A stretch of DNA of 64,000 bases from Octopus vulgaris (Eukaryota). The DNA lies in the NCBI GenBank assembly GCA_951406725.2, contig OX597815.1:162502001-162566000 (forward strand), given 5' to 3'. The notes below the pieces were generated by a model. The model had not been told where the DNA came from and did no database searches. It saw only the letters and a program-made list of their open reading frames with translations. This document shows positions 51,566 through 63,805 of the stretch, one piece after another (the stretch's first letter is position 1; every line of letters starts with the position of its first letter). The position numbers were made by a program, and so were the translations under genes.

Positions 51566-54150
51566 CATCATCATCATCATCATCATTTAGCGTCCGTTTT
51601 CCATGCTAGCATGGGTTGGACGGTTCTGCTGGGGTCTGTGAAGCCAGAAGGCTTCATCAGGCCCAGTCAAATCTGGCAGTGTTTCTACGGCTGGATGCCC
51701 TTCCTAACGCCAACCACTCCGTGAGTGTAGTGGGTGCTTTTTACGTGCCACCCGCACTGGTGCCAGCCAGAGCTGGCAAACGGCCACGAACGGATGGTGT
51801 TTTTTATGTGCCACCGGCACGAGGGCCAGGCGAGGCTGGCAACGAACACGAAACGGGGCGGTGCTGGCAACGGTCGCGAAACGGAAGGTTCTCTTACATG
51901 CCACCGGCACTGGTAACACATCTGCAATTTCCATTGATCGATTTCCATTGATCGATTTCGATTCTGATCCTCACTTGCCTCAATGGGTCTTCACAAGCAG
52001 AGTTTCGACATGCCACCGGCACTGGTAGCACATCCGCAATTTCCATTGATCGATTTCGATTCTGATCCTCACTTGCCTCAACACGTCTTCACAAGTAGAG
52101 TTTTGTGTCCCAAGAAGGGAAGGTATGCATACGTAGGCTGGCTCCATCCCATGTAGAAGGCTACGGGTTGTGGACTCACTTGTCCTGCCGGGTCTTCTCG
52201 CGCACAGCACACTTCCAGAGGTCTCGGTCTCTAGTCATTTCCTCGGTGAGACCTAAAGTTCGAAGGTCGTGCTTCACCACCTCGTCCCAGGTTTTCCTGG
52301 GTCTGCCTCTTCCACAGGTTCCCTCAACCGCTAGGGTGTGGCACTTTTTCACACAACTATCTTCATCCATTCTCGCCACATGACCATACCAGCGCAAACG
52401 TCTCTCTTGCACACCACAACTGATGCTTCTTAGGTCCAGCTTTTCTCTCAAGGTACTTACACTCTGCCGAGTGTGAGTACTGGCATTACACATCCATCGG
52501 AGCATACTGGCTTCATTTCTAGCGAGCTTACGCATATCCTCAGCAGTCACGGCCCATGTTTCACTGCCATGTAGCATGGCTGTTCGTACACACGCATCAT
52601 ACAGTCTGCCTTTCACTCTGTGCGAGAGGCCTTTTGTCACCAGCAGAGGTAAGAGCTCTCTGAACTTTGCCCAAGCTATTCTTACTCTAGCAGTTACACT
52701 TTCAGCACACCCGCCCCCGCTGCTGACTTGGTCACCTAGGTAACGGAAACTATCAACTATTTCTAGTTTTTCTCCCTGGAAAGTGACAGAAGTTGGTCTC
52801 AGAGCATTTTCAGTGTTTATTGTTCCTGAGCATCTGCCACATACAAAAACCATCTTCCTAGTTAGCCTTCCTTTGACATTGCTGCATCTCTTATGTGTCC
52901 ATAGCTTACACTTGGTGCATCTTATAGAGTTTCTACCTACACCTTTTCTACAGATCGAGCAGGGCCATCTACCTGAAGGTGTTTGTGATTTGTCTACCTT
53001 CCTACTGATTACGACTTTGGTTTTAGCTAGATTGACTCTGAGGCCCTTCGATTCTAATCCTTGTTTCCACACCTGAAACTTCTCCTCCAGTTCTGATAGC
53101 GACTCAGCAATTAGAGCAAGGTCATCAGCATAGAGGAGCTCCCAAGGGCATCCTGTCTTGAATTCCTCCGTTATTGCCTGGAGGACTATGATAAATAGGA
53201 GGGGGCTGAGTACTGAGCCTTGGTGGACCCCTACCTCTACCCGGAATTCTTCACTGTACTCATTTCCAACCCTCACCCTACTAGCGGCGTCCCTATACAT
53301 GGCCCGCACAGCTCTCACTAACCATTCATCTATCCCTAGTTTTCTCATTGCCCACCAGATAAGGGATCGGGGGACCCTGTCGAAGGCTTTCTCCATGTCA
53401 ACAAAAGCCAGGTACAGGGGCTTATCTTTGGCTAGGTATTTCTCCTGCAGCTGCCTTACCAGGAATATAGCATCAGTAGTACTTTTCCCTGGCACAAACC
53501 CAAACTGCATCTCATCTAAACTAACTCTCTCTCTAATTAGTTGGGCTATGACCCTCTCCGTAACCTTCATCACCTGGTCCAACAGCTTGATACCTCTGTA
53601 GTTGTTTGTATCTAGGGCATCACCTTTACCTTTGTAGCAGTTGACTATTATACTGCTACACCAGTCATTGGGTATGACCCCTTTGTGTATCACCTGATTA
53701 ACTATATGGGTGACTAGGCTATAGCCGACACTACCAGACATTTTGAGCATCTCTGCAGTGATTCCTGATGGGCCTGGGGCTTTCCCTGTCTTCATGCTTC
53801 TAATTGCCTTAGCTACCACAGAACTATCAACTCGGATAGCTGGTCCCTCTGTTGGGTCAACATTCGGCAGACTCTCTTTATCCCATTCATTTTCTTCATT
53901 CAGCAACCTTTCATAGTGGCATCTCCAAACCTCTCTCTTTGCATCCTCATTTAGCGCAAGTGAACCATCTTCCATGCGAACACACTTCTCTCCTACCACA
54001 TCACGATTCTCTCTCACACACTGTCTTGCAACACGAAACACCTCCAGTCTTTGGTCCTCACGGCGCAGAACATTGGCAAATTTTTTCTTATCTGCTTCCC
54101 CTCTGGCTAAATAAACCTGTCTCCTAGCTTCTCTTTTGGCAGTCTGATAT
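51566..54150 (-). mobile_element. Young 5'-truncated RTE-clade LINE: RT region, ~600-bp 3' UTR and (GAT)n tail
   Basis: Uninterrupted ORF, GC- and CpG-richer than the flanks, microsatellite tail; ATATATCA occurs at both junctions (possible TSD). Confidence 0.95.
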
Positions 54151-54155
54151 ATCAC
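52176..54155 (-). CDS. RTE-clade reverse transcriptase ORF, N-terminally truncated (no AP endonuclease), with embedded PHD-type finger
   Basis: Motifs KAPGPSG, NYRGIKLL, QFGF, AFVDMEKAFD, GVHQGSVLSPLLF, YADD, FRYLG, HGSETW, RLRWYGHV and RGRPRKTW. The listed start codon comes from flanking DNA. Confidence 0.95.
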   Translation of the reverse strand: MIYQTAKREARRQVYLARGEADKKKFANVLRREDQRLEVFRVARQCVRENRDVVGEKCVRMEDGSLALNEDAKREVWRCHYERLLNEENEWDKESLPNVDPTEGPAIRVDSSVVAKAIRSMKTGKAPGPSGITAEMLKMSGSVGYSLVTHIVNQVIHKGVIPNDWCSSIIVNCYKGKGDALDTNNYRGIKLLDQVMKVTERVIAQLIRERVSLDEMQFGFVPGKSTTDAIFLVRQLQEKYLAKDKPLYLAFVDMEKAFDRVPRSLIWWAMRKLGIDEWLVRAVRAMYRDAASRVRVGNEYSEEFRVEVGVHQGSVLSPLLFIIVLQAITEEFKTGCPWELLYADDLALIAESLSELEEKFQVWKQGLESKGLRVNLAKTKVVISRKVDKSQTPSGRWPCSICRKGVGRNSIRCTKCKLWTHKRCSNVKGRLTRKMVFVCGRCSGTINTENALRPTSVTFQGEKLEIVDSFRYLGDQVSSGGGCAESVTARVRIAWAKFRELLPLLVTKGLSHRVKGRLYDACVRTAMLHGSETWAVTAEDMRKLARNEASMLRWMCNASTHTRQSVSTLREKLDLRSISCGVQERRLRWYGHVARMDEDSCVKKCHTLAVEGTCGRGRPRKTWDEVVKHDLRTLGLTEEMTRDRDLWKCAVREKTRQDK

Positions 54156-55631
54156 CTTACTAACAGCAGGTCAAACTTAAGCATCAAAATGTCAAAGTAC
54201 GATTATATGTACAGTTAAGAAAGACATGCCATAGTCAATAAAGAAAATAGGCTTTAAGCACTATATACAGATCATAAAGTATTAGCTAAAAGATTAACCA
54301 AATGGAAAAGGACAAAATAGCTGTTCAGTATGACCAAAGGATATGTGAACAAAGACGAAAGAAAAATACAAAAATGAGATGGAGAAAATAATGAATTCAC
54401 ACACATAGACACATGGTTACAGAATCTGTTTAAATGAATCACAGTATTTAACTAGTACTTTTATATCATCGATCCTAAAAGATGGAAAGGCAAAATTCAC
54501 TTTCCTAAGATTTGAAACCAGAAATGTAAACTGATCCAACAAAACACCACAATTAAATCAACCACCCTGGAAGTAGTAGGTGGATCATCATCATTAGTTA
54601 ATGCCTATTTCCCATGCTGGTATGGGTTGGATGGCTAGATAGGAGCTGGCAAGGTTGAAGTTGCACCAAGTTTCATAGTCTGTTTTGGCTTGGTTGCCAC
54701 AGCTGGATGCCCTTCTAAATGCCAGCCGTTTTACAGAGTATAAAGGGTACTTTTTACATGGCACCATCACCAGTGCTTTCTATATGGAAGTAGCACCAGT
54801 GCTTTCCATGCAGCACCAGCATCAATACCAATGAATGCCAATAATAATCCTTTCTACTAAAGGCAAAAGGCCTGAAGGTTTTGGGGGAGGGGGACTAGTC
54901 GATTACATCAACCCCAGTGTTTTACTGGTACTTCATTTATCAACTCTGAAAGGATGAAAGGCAAAGTTGACCTCGGCAGAATCTGAACTCAGAATGTAGT
55001 GATGGCCGAAATACTGCTAAGCATTTTGTCCAGTGTGCTAACAAATAATAATAATAATAATGACAGGCATGATCAGTAGGTAAAAGATACAGACAAAATA
55101 CTCTGTGATATTAACTTAAGGCAACTTTGCTTTACATTCTCTATGAGTCAGTAAAATAAAGCACCAGCCAAATACTGGGGTAAATTATATGACTATATAT
55201 GAATGTGAGAAATTAATAATAATTATGTCTAATTAATATCTGGCAATAGTGTAATCGGTTTAATAGTATTTAGTATTGGTACATTATTGGTACATTGGTA
55301 GATTATTAATCTCTACTGTAATACAAACCAAGAATGTAATGGGACATAACTGAATATTCCAAGTCATTTAGTCTGACACCCTACTGTTTCTGTCATTCCA
55401 CTGCCTTAAACTGATAATAAAGTAGGAGCTGCTGAGCTAACAGTACCAAACCTGGATCCACAAAAATGTAGTCTACGAGTTGTGTTCAAAATTTTAAAAT
55501 GCTGCAGCATAATATGTATAACACAGTTACATACATCTTTCAACTGAGAGATAAAAACCACAAATAAAGGTTTGTTGTTAGTTAATGAAATTAGCTTATT
55601 GAGTAGACAAGTCTTTCAAAAACCTGGGGCC

Positions 55632-55821
55632 TATCATCATCATCATCATCATCGTTTAGCGTCCGTTTTCCATGCTAGCATGGGTTGGACGGTTCTACTG
55701 GGGTCTGTGAAGCCAGAAGGCTTCATCAGGCCCAGTCAAATCTGGCAGTGTTTCTACGGCTGGATGCCCTTCCTAACGCCAACCACTCCGTGAGTGTAGT
55801 GGGTGCTTTTTACGTGCCACC
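55632..55821 (-). mobile_element. Short 3'-terminal RTE copy, nearly identical to the 3' end of the long element
   Basis: Differs from 51566-51751 at only about two positions by eye. Confidence 0.9.
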
Positions 55822-56254
55822 TGGAAAATTCATTTAACTAAAAGAGGTTCTTGAAAGTGAAAAGGTTGGAAACTACTCTTTATGTGTTCACTTGACTAAC
55901 TAAAAATCAGTATCCAAATATCCACTCAAACAACACCATATGGTCTAACCAATTAGCATTCATATTATATTGTTTAATGTCATACTTATTTGCATTGTTT
56001 TGAATTACTTATGCATTATCTTGTAGCATTGAGATTTTGATGATGTGATTGTTTAGTTTTAGAATGGCATTGTAGGGTAAGTGTGAGAGGCTAAATATGG
56101 CCAGTTTGAACATAGAATGAGTAGAATATTTAGGCCAGATACAGTAGACATGGTCCAACAATGATAGACTCTAATGAAAGCCAAATGGAAGTTAGAGTCT
56201 CAGAATGCTAAATTCTGAACACCAAAGATATAACAAAGTTAGGTACATGGAATA

Positions 56255-57129
56255 TATGAGGTCTGATCAATAAGTATCCGGACTGTTGCCATAGTAATGA
56301 AGCTAAAACACAGAGAGAGAGAGCCACTTGGCACAAATTGACCTTGGACCCTGTTGTGCATGCACACTAAGTTGTAACATTCTAGCTCACTTGTGCTGTT
56401 TACAGCAGTGCTTGGAAGGAACATGTGATTGTCACACTGATGATGACAGAGAAAGTCATCATGGTGATACCTGCTCAGAGGCCGACAGTAAAGTTGCAGA
56501 AAGTATGGAGAGGAGTGTATGAGCCACACACAAGTGTACGAGTGGTTCAAACGTTTCTAAGATGGCTAAAAAATATCAATAGTGACGAATGTTCTAGATC
56601 TACAGCCAGCGGAACTGAGAAAAACATTGCAGATGTGCATGCATCTGTGAGGGGAAATCCTCAAATCCCCATCCATGAATTATCAGAGGATGTGCAGATT
56701 AGTTATGATTCATTTCAGTCCATTATTACTGAAGATTTGGGTATGAGACACATGTCTGCCAAGTTTGTGCCAAAACTGCTTTCAGCTGACCAAAAAGATA
56801 CTCAGGTTTCAGTTGCACAAGATCTCATTGGTTGTGTTAAGAATGATGAAAACTTTGTGTAGACCTCTGAACAGTTATCAACAAGCTCTTGGCAAAATTT
56901 GATGCAGATTCTCTGCTCAGCTTTCTCTATCATGGTCAATGCAATGATCACACACTACACACATTCCTTCCAAGCACTGCTGTAAATAGCAGAAGTGAGC
57001 TAGAATGTTAAAACTTAGTGTGCATGCACAGCAGAGTTCAAGGTCAACCTGTGCCAAGTGTCTTCACTCTGCATGCTTTAGATTCATTACTATAGCAACA
57101 ATCTGGATACTTATTGATCAGAGCATGTA
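56255..57129 (+). mobile_element. Mariner derivative with two inverted left ends (long-TIR MITE)
   Basis: Transposase remnants VYEWFKRF, IHELSEDVQIS and MSAKFVPKLLS. The segment 56860-57129 is the reverse complement of the 5' end and encodes MIEKAEQRICIKFCQ on the minus strand. Confidence 0.85.
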
Positions 57130-58837
57130 CAAACATTGTATATCAAAGAGGATAAATGGAATAACTTATGAGACAATTCAAGGAGTATCAAATAAACATC
57201 TCAGAAATCAGTGAGATGAGATAGACTGGAAAAAGAAAACTATACTAAGGTGGAAAAACAATCATTTACTCTGGTATGAAGATCAACATAGCTGTAGAAT
57301 GAGAATGTTACTAGACAGAGAGGCCATTAAAACACACATTGGATAGAAACCAATCAATGCATCATTATAGGTGTGCTTATTCAGGACCAAAATAGGGTTG
57401 GACAATAACAAGAGCTGCTAATAATATTCAGTAAGAGTTTTAAAAATCTGTCTTAGTTTGTTTTTTCTTTTTATTTCTTGAATAAATGTTCCACTAAAGA
57501 ACTTACTTGGTAATATTATTATATTTTATTATAAAAGATAATTATTTGGTATAAGTGTAGAGAATATTTAAGAAAAAATTTTGCTTTTAGAACTTTCTAA
57601 CCAAATGTTATGAACATTTAGCTAAATGATGGCTATTTTAGAGTTACAAGCTGATATGACAATATTTATATTGATCATATGGAAGTTTCATAATCTTTAG
57701 GTATCTAAATATACAAGTGAGTCAAGTATTATAAGAAGGAAACAAAATAAATTATTTTTCAGAAGAGATTATATATGGAATAAGCATATAATAAAAATTT
57801 CTATGGAGCAATATGAAGTTTTTATATACACTTACTACATAACACAACATGCCATGTAGCATAATGTATGATTAAACTTGGTCAACAGTGTATTCTCTAA
57901 ATTTCATAATGCTTATAAATGTGATAATACCTAAAGGAGACAACATGTGACTTGGTATACTAGACTTGATGAAAATCTAAAAATACTCAAAAACTGTGAT
58001 AAGTTAGTTAGTTGCTGAACAAACAATCCCATTAACTTGGGTGCTAACAGAAAATAATATCTACAACAAGATTAAGTACGTCTATGTACAAGTTATTTCA
58101 TACACTGCTGAGTGTAATGTATGATTAACAAATGTTATATGTACATTGGGAATGTTCTAGAAGTCGGTTGAAATTTTACTACATACTAACATGTATAATG
58201 CACATGTTGATTTGGGGATCTAGATTGTTGTGAAAAAACCCTAAAATACACTGTATACTGAGCAGTATTGCATAGCTGTTTCCAAGGTAGATAATTTACT
58301 ATATATCAATGTATTGGATTTTAATATTTTATTATATATAAAATATGACATATAATAATAAAGCAAAATTCTAAAATAGTAAAGCTTTGTTACATTATTA
58401 CTTTTTCTTAATGAAAGCTAGTGGAGAAAATAGGCCAATATCATGTGTAATACACTACCTTGAATTTTAATTTTGAACTAGGTAAAAAAAAAGATGAGTA
58501 TTAAACATGAGCATTATAATAATTAGTTTGTTGTTGATATTTAGCCTCCAAGTCATCTTTGAATCAGAACACCTAAATAACTATCTTGTCTTTTATGTAA
58601 TCATCCCCTTATAAACATCCTGTTACGAGTTGTAACTATCCTATGCTTTGTGGTTTTACTCTTACACACACACACACACACACGATGCATCTAGAGTGAC
58701 ATCTGGTATATCTTTCTCTTAATCTGTTTATTTGATAAAGATGAAATGCTGTATAATTTATTTAAGCTACCATGAAATCCATTTCAACTTTTCACAATTA
58801 ATTCAAAAGTCCACATGCTTTTCTTGTTTATGTAGAT

Positions 58838-59139
58838 CAGGGGTTCTCAAGGGGTCCATACAACAAAATAGTAGATTGCTTACAATAGTGTTTTAAGGGC
58901 TCTGGAAAAATTTTTGCTTTAGATGTATGTATTGGTATGTATTGCAAGAAACAGCTAGGTTTCTTTCTCTAACATTTTACATTGTTCAACCTACACAAGT
59001 TAATGTGGGGAAAACAACCTTGGGATTTTGAAAGGAATTTCTATAAACCTAGTTTTTAAACATCGAATGTTTAGTGGGGTTCACGAGAATAAATAGTAAT
59101 CAAAGGGGTCTATAGGTAAAAAATGGTTGAGAATCCCTG
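58838..59139. mobile_element. hAT (Charlie-like) MITE
   Basis: TIRs CAGGGGTTCTCAA ... TTGAGAATCCCTG; degenerate 8-bp flanks ATGTAGAT / GTGTTGAC. Confidence 0.7.
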
Positions 59140-59599
59140 GTGTTGACCTATGAATAAAGGTGTTCCAATCTAAAATTATATTATAAAATGTATCCCTCTT
59201 TTTTTAACATAGTATGGTGTGATTTAAGGGAGATTCAGATGCTATTCAGATCCTGACAGATTAAGTTGAATGACCCACACTGAGATGCTTTCTTATCTTT
59301 TCTTTCTTTAATCAACAATTGTTTTTGAAATATTTAAATATGTCAGATTTTCCTTCATCATTGTCATCTATTATTTGTAGTTAACTTAAAAACCAAATGG
59401 TATTGCTTAGAGAAATCCAATGTATCTGCTGCTATTTGATCTTTACTACAAATCTTTCAAATTATAAAGTTATCAATTCTAAAAATGGATTATTTTCTAA
59501 GCAACAAAATATGGAAGAAAGCTGTTGTACTGGATTATTTTGTATATCACCGAGCTTTCTTCTTGGCTGTCACTAATAATCAAGTATGATTTGTTGGCA

Positions 59600-60147
59600 G
59601 GAAAAGGTTTCTGCTCTCCTTCTCTCTTTGTCTAGTAAAAATACTGCTGATGGTATTACAAAAAAGTACCCAAATGATTATTCCTGAAAGCCAATGCTGA
59701 TTATGTATGCAAAAGATGTGACTTTCACCTTCCAATAAATTCAAGAAAAGAACAGTGCATTCTATTTTATTTATCAACTTTACAAAGGTTTTTTAAAATG
59801 TGAGCAAAAAATGCTTATGAGCACTGCTGAAAAGATATGGATTGGACAAATTTTAAGGAATATTCCAATTACTTCACAATGGTATGTATGCCTACCACAG
59901 TCTCACTTTGAAGCATCAGCTTGGACCTCTTTCCTTTTGGGAATGGAGCAAAAAGCAGGGCTGTGTACTTGCTCTCACACTATTTGCATTATATCTGGGT
60001 GCTATGCATAAAAGGATGGCAAATGAACTCACACGTGGAGTGTATATCTATACAAGGGTGGATGATGGGTTGTTGACCCTATCTAAGCTAAGATCTACTA
60101 AGAAGTGCTGTGATATGTGTATTTGCAAACTGCTCTCTGCTGTGTAG
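59600..60147 (+). mobile_element. Decayed RTE (BovB-like) RT fragment
   Basis: PESQC and KQGCVLALTLFALYLGAM...GVYIYTRVDDGLLTLSKLRS resemble the RTE motifs KQGCVLAPTLF and RxDGxLFNLxRL. Confidence 0.7.
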
Positions 60148-62869
60148 AATACCATCAGAGCAATGTGGCTATTTTCGGGAGGCAGTGTTAAATTGTTACC
60201 CACTTTAACACAATCATCTGGTCCTTGGGTGACTTTAGAAGGGTCTTCTCTGTTGTAAGGATTCAAACTGTCTTTTGTTTAAGGATAACCTATGAACCAT
60301 GTTTTCCTTATTTCTTTCTTCTCTCTCTCTCTATCACAGGGGTCCTACAAATGGCCACAGGCATTGCCCTTCCTACTTTCACCAAGATATAAGAAACTGC
60401 ACAGAACAATCACCTACTATCAACCATTCCACTTTCTTTTTCATTATTTCTATTAAAGCTGCTCTCAATTTATTACATTTCATAGTTTATCATTAAATAA
60501 GTTTAACTGCTTATTTTGAGCAATTTTTTTAATAAGTTTAAAACAGATAGATTAGAAAATAAATTTCAAGCAGGAGTGGCTGTGTGGTAAGTAACTTACT
60601 TATCAGCCACATGGTTCTGGTTTCAATCTCACTGTGTGACACCTTGGGCAAGTGTCTTCTACTATGGCCTTGGGCTAACCAAGTGAGTGGATTTGGTAGA
60701 CGGAAACTGAAAGAAGCCTGTTGTATATATATATGTGTGTGTGTGTGTGTTTCTGTGTCTGTGTTTGTCACCCCAACATCGCTTGACAACCAATGCTGGT
60801 GCATTTACGTCTCCGTAACTTAGAAGTTCAGTAAAAGAGACTAATAGAATAAGTACTAGGCTTACAAAGAATAGGTCCTGGGGTCAGTTTGTTCAACTAA
60901 TGGTGGTGCTTCAGCATCGCCATAGTCAAATGACTGAAACAAATAACAGAATAATATTTTCAAGGATAAATAACTTCAACAATTTTTCATGTCAATTTTT
61001 GTATTCTAATATCACAAAAATATTTGCTTTTCAAACTTCATCTTTTGTAAAGTAAACCAGTGGCGTGTAATCTCCATTGATAACTTTAACCCTTTAGCAT
61101 TTAAACTGGCTCTATCTGATTTAAATATTCTACCAGTTTTATGTTCAGACAAGCCAGATCTAGTCTCTCACACCTACCCTACAATGTCAATCTACAAACA
61201 AATAACCACATCATCAAAATCTCACAGTTATGAGATGATGCATGATTAATACAAAACAATTGAGTAACTAAGTGCTATATGTGACAGAATTATCTGAATG
61301 CTAAAGGGTTAAACACCACAGCTATTAAAAACTACTTGGAGTGAAAAAAAGATAAGAAATATAACCTCTATATGAAGTGACTCATAATTAGAAATTTGAA
61401 TTCCCTTTTGGAAATGAAGACAAATGACTAAATGTTATCAAAATGATGTAACGTATAGCTGGTGTAGTCCCTGTAACAAAATTTCTTGAGAAAGCTAAGA
61501 AACAAAGAGAGACAAGGGAAAAGCACCAAGAAGGATAAAAAATAAATAAATAAATAACATAAAATCATTTAAATAGTTTAGAGTACATTTGATAAGGAAA
61601 AAAGAAAAGTAAACAAAATGGTAAAGATTGTAGAGAAAGTCAAGCTCAAAGAATTATCATCACAATAAATGAAGAATCTGCTTAATGAATATTAACAAGC
61701 TAATCAAAAAAAAAAATCAAGATGATACCTTTATTATTAGCACTGATTTCTATTTCCTTTCTAGGTCTTCCTTTAAAGTTCATTAAACGAAAAACAAGAA
61801 AAATAAGAACTTTAAGGCATTTTGATTTTTTTTAGAGAAGAAAAAGAAAATTATGAGTCACATCTTTTCCATGGGAATATGTGACATGAATGAGGTGAAA
61901 TGATTTAAATCAGGTACTTAGCCAAAGATGCTGAACATTTACATGCTATGGTACTTCTCCAATAACTATATTATTTAATAAAAGAACAATTTTTGTAAAA
62001 TGAAGATTGTATAATTGATATAATTAACCTTTTTGTTGAAATACACTGCTCTTGTTTTAATTCCTTTTGAAAATAATAAAAAAAATAGTAATATAGCTCT
62101 GTCATTGATAAGCTGGTATGTAGAACATAACATGAAATTATGATGGAAGGTTTTAATTTAGAGCACTTTAATCCTTCAGCATTTAAACTGGCCATAACCA
62201 TCCCAGATATTCTACCTATTTTATGTTTAGACTTGCCAGATCCAACCTCTCACACCTATCCTACAATGTAAGTCAAAAAATAAATAGCCTTGAAATCTTG
62301 AAGATACAAGATGATAATATGATTAATTAAAAAAACAATGTGAATAAATAAGCACTCCATTTAACAGAGTAATCTGAGTATTAAGAGGTTAAAACAGGAA
62401 GTTTGTATTATAGAACCAGTGGTAGTCTCAGGTAGATTGGTATCAAAAGGGTTCATATTTTTACAACTTGTAATGTTTTTAAGGATTGGCATCAGTCAAT
62501 CACAGGTATTATTCCAAGATAATCTGATACCTACTGCCAATAGTCAGGTAAACTGAGGCAATATAGAATAGTGTGGCCTAGCTAGAAATAACAAAATATT
62601 TCAATAGAATTGAACTCAAAATCTGAAGTACATGGTTCAATGCTTTATCAGTTTGGCTCTCATATCCCTATAATATCTTAGAATATTTATTTCACTGACA
62701 CCAGAAGAACAAAATCCAAATATCATCGTCATTTTAATAACCAATTGCCCGCATTACAGCTTGGATGATTCTACTCTTTAGCATATGACTGTTTATTAGG
62801 AATTTTTATCACCTTGACATGAGGACAAACATTTTTGGGTCTTGCCTTACCACATCTTCCTATATTTGC

Positions 62870-63328
62870 CTTGATATTACCTCTGCTAAAAGAGGTAACA
62901 TTCACGTTCAAGATATATTTCTAAATGACATCTTGATTCACATACATACACCAGCGATATATGTGTACGAGCAAAACGCCCCCCGTCCAATGGATGGTGC
63001 TGAGTTGTCAAACATTTAAACAAAATTTTCTCAAAACAACTTTTCCGACCGTCCCATAGGCCTCCCCTTTGAGAAACACTGATTTAACCTAAATTTGAGA
63101 CACCAGCAAAAGACGGATTTCGACTGATGTACTTGCGCATACAAATGCACGTTCCCACAGCTTTATCGATCGCATTCTCACCTGGAATCAATTTTTGCAA
63201 TTTTTTCAAGACTAATACATGCCCTGATATTGTCGGTATCTACGTATCAAATTTGAGCACAATCGGATGGAGGATGTCCAAGATCCTAGAAGACACACAC
63301 ACAGACAGAAAGGATTTTATATAAGAGA
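62870..63328 (-). mobile_element. Non-autonomous Helitron-like element
   Basis: The minus strand begins A|TCTCTTATATAAAA..CTGTCTGTGTGTG..CCGATTGTGCTCAAATTTG; a subterminal hairpin TTACCTCT-N6-AGAGGTAA lies near the other end; CpG-rich. Confidence 0.55.
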
Positions 63329-63619
63329 TATGTGCTTACATATAAATATAGGCTTACCATTTGTGTGGACAAGCAACTAAATCTCCCTCAAATCACACTT
63401 TACTGTTTTAAAAAAGGTCAAACATAAGGCAACTGCCACACAGTCATTCTACCTGCTAAAATTAGCAGTAAAATTTCACTCAAATGAAACACTAGCTATC
63501 TTGTAAACTTTTTACATTATCTAGTTTACTTTTAAAAAGATAGGCCGGTTCTTACTAGTTTATTATCATTATTATTATTATTATCATTATAAGTCTGGCA
63601 GGGCAGCAATCTATTTAAT

Positions 63620-63805
63620 ACTATTCTATATTTTGGGGATGAGGAATTATGCACATTATTTACAATGGATGGATAGGTGTTCTCACCTTGTTTGTTGTTA
63701 TCACAACGTTTTGGTTGATGTACTCTCCACCAGAACACCTGATGAAGGCTGGAGAGTACATCAGTGGAAACATTGTGATAACAACAAAGTGAGGACACCT
63801 ATCTG
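63620..63805. mobile_element. Penelope-like inverted pLTR remnant with degenerate hammerhead ribozyme core
   Basis: Imperfect inverted repeat of about 55 bp (63672-63729 / 63750-63804); CTGATGA at 63739-63745 and GAAAC at 63767-63771. Confidence 0.6.

Noticed and set aside
52105-54127. Plus-strand ORFs of 91-147 aa
   Set aside because: Antisense shadows of the RTE ORF.
57836-57929. Minus-strand AG...GTAAGT bracketed segment as a coding exon
   Set aside because: Stops in all three frames and a weak exonic donor context.
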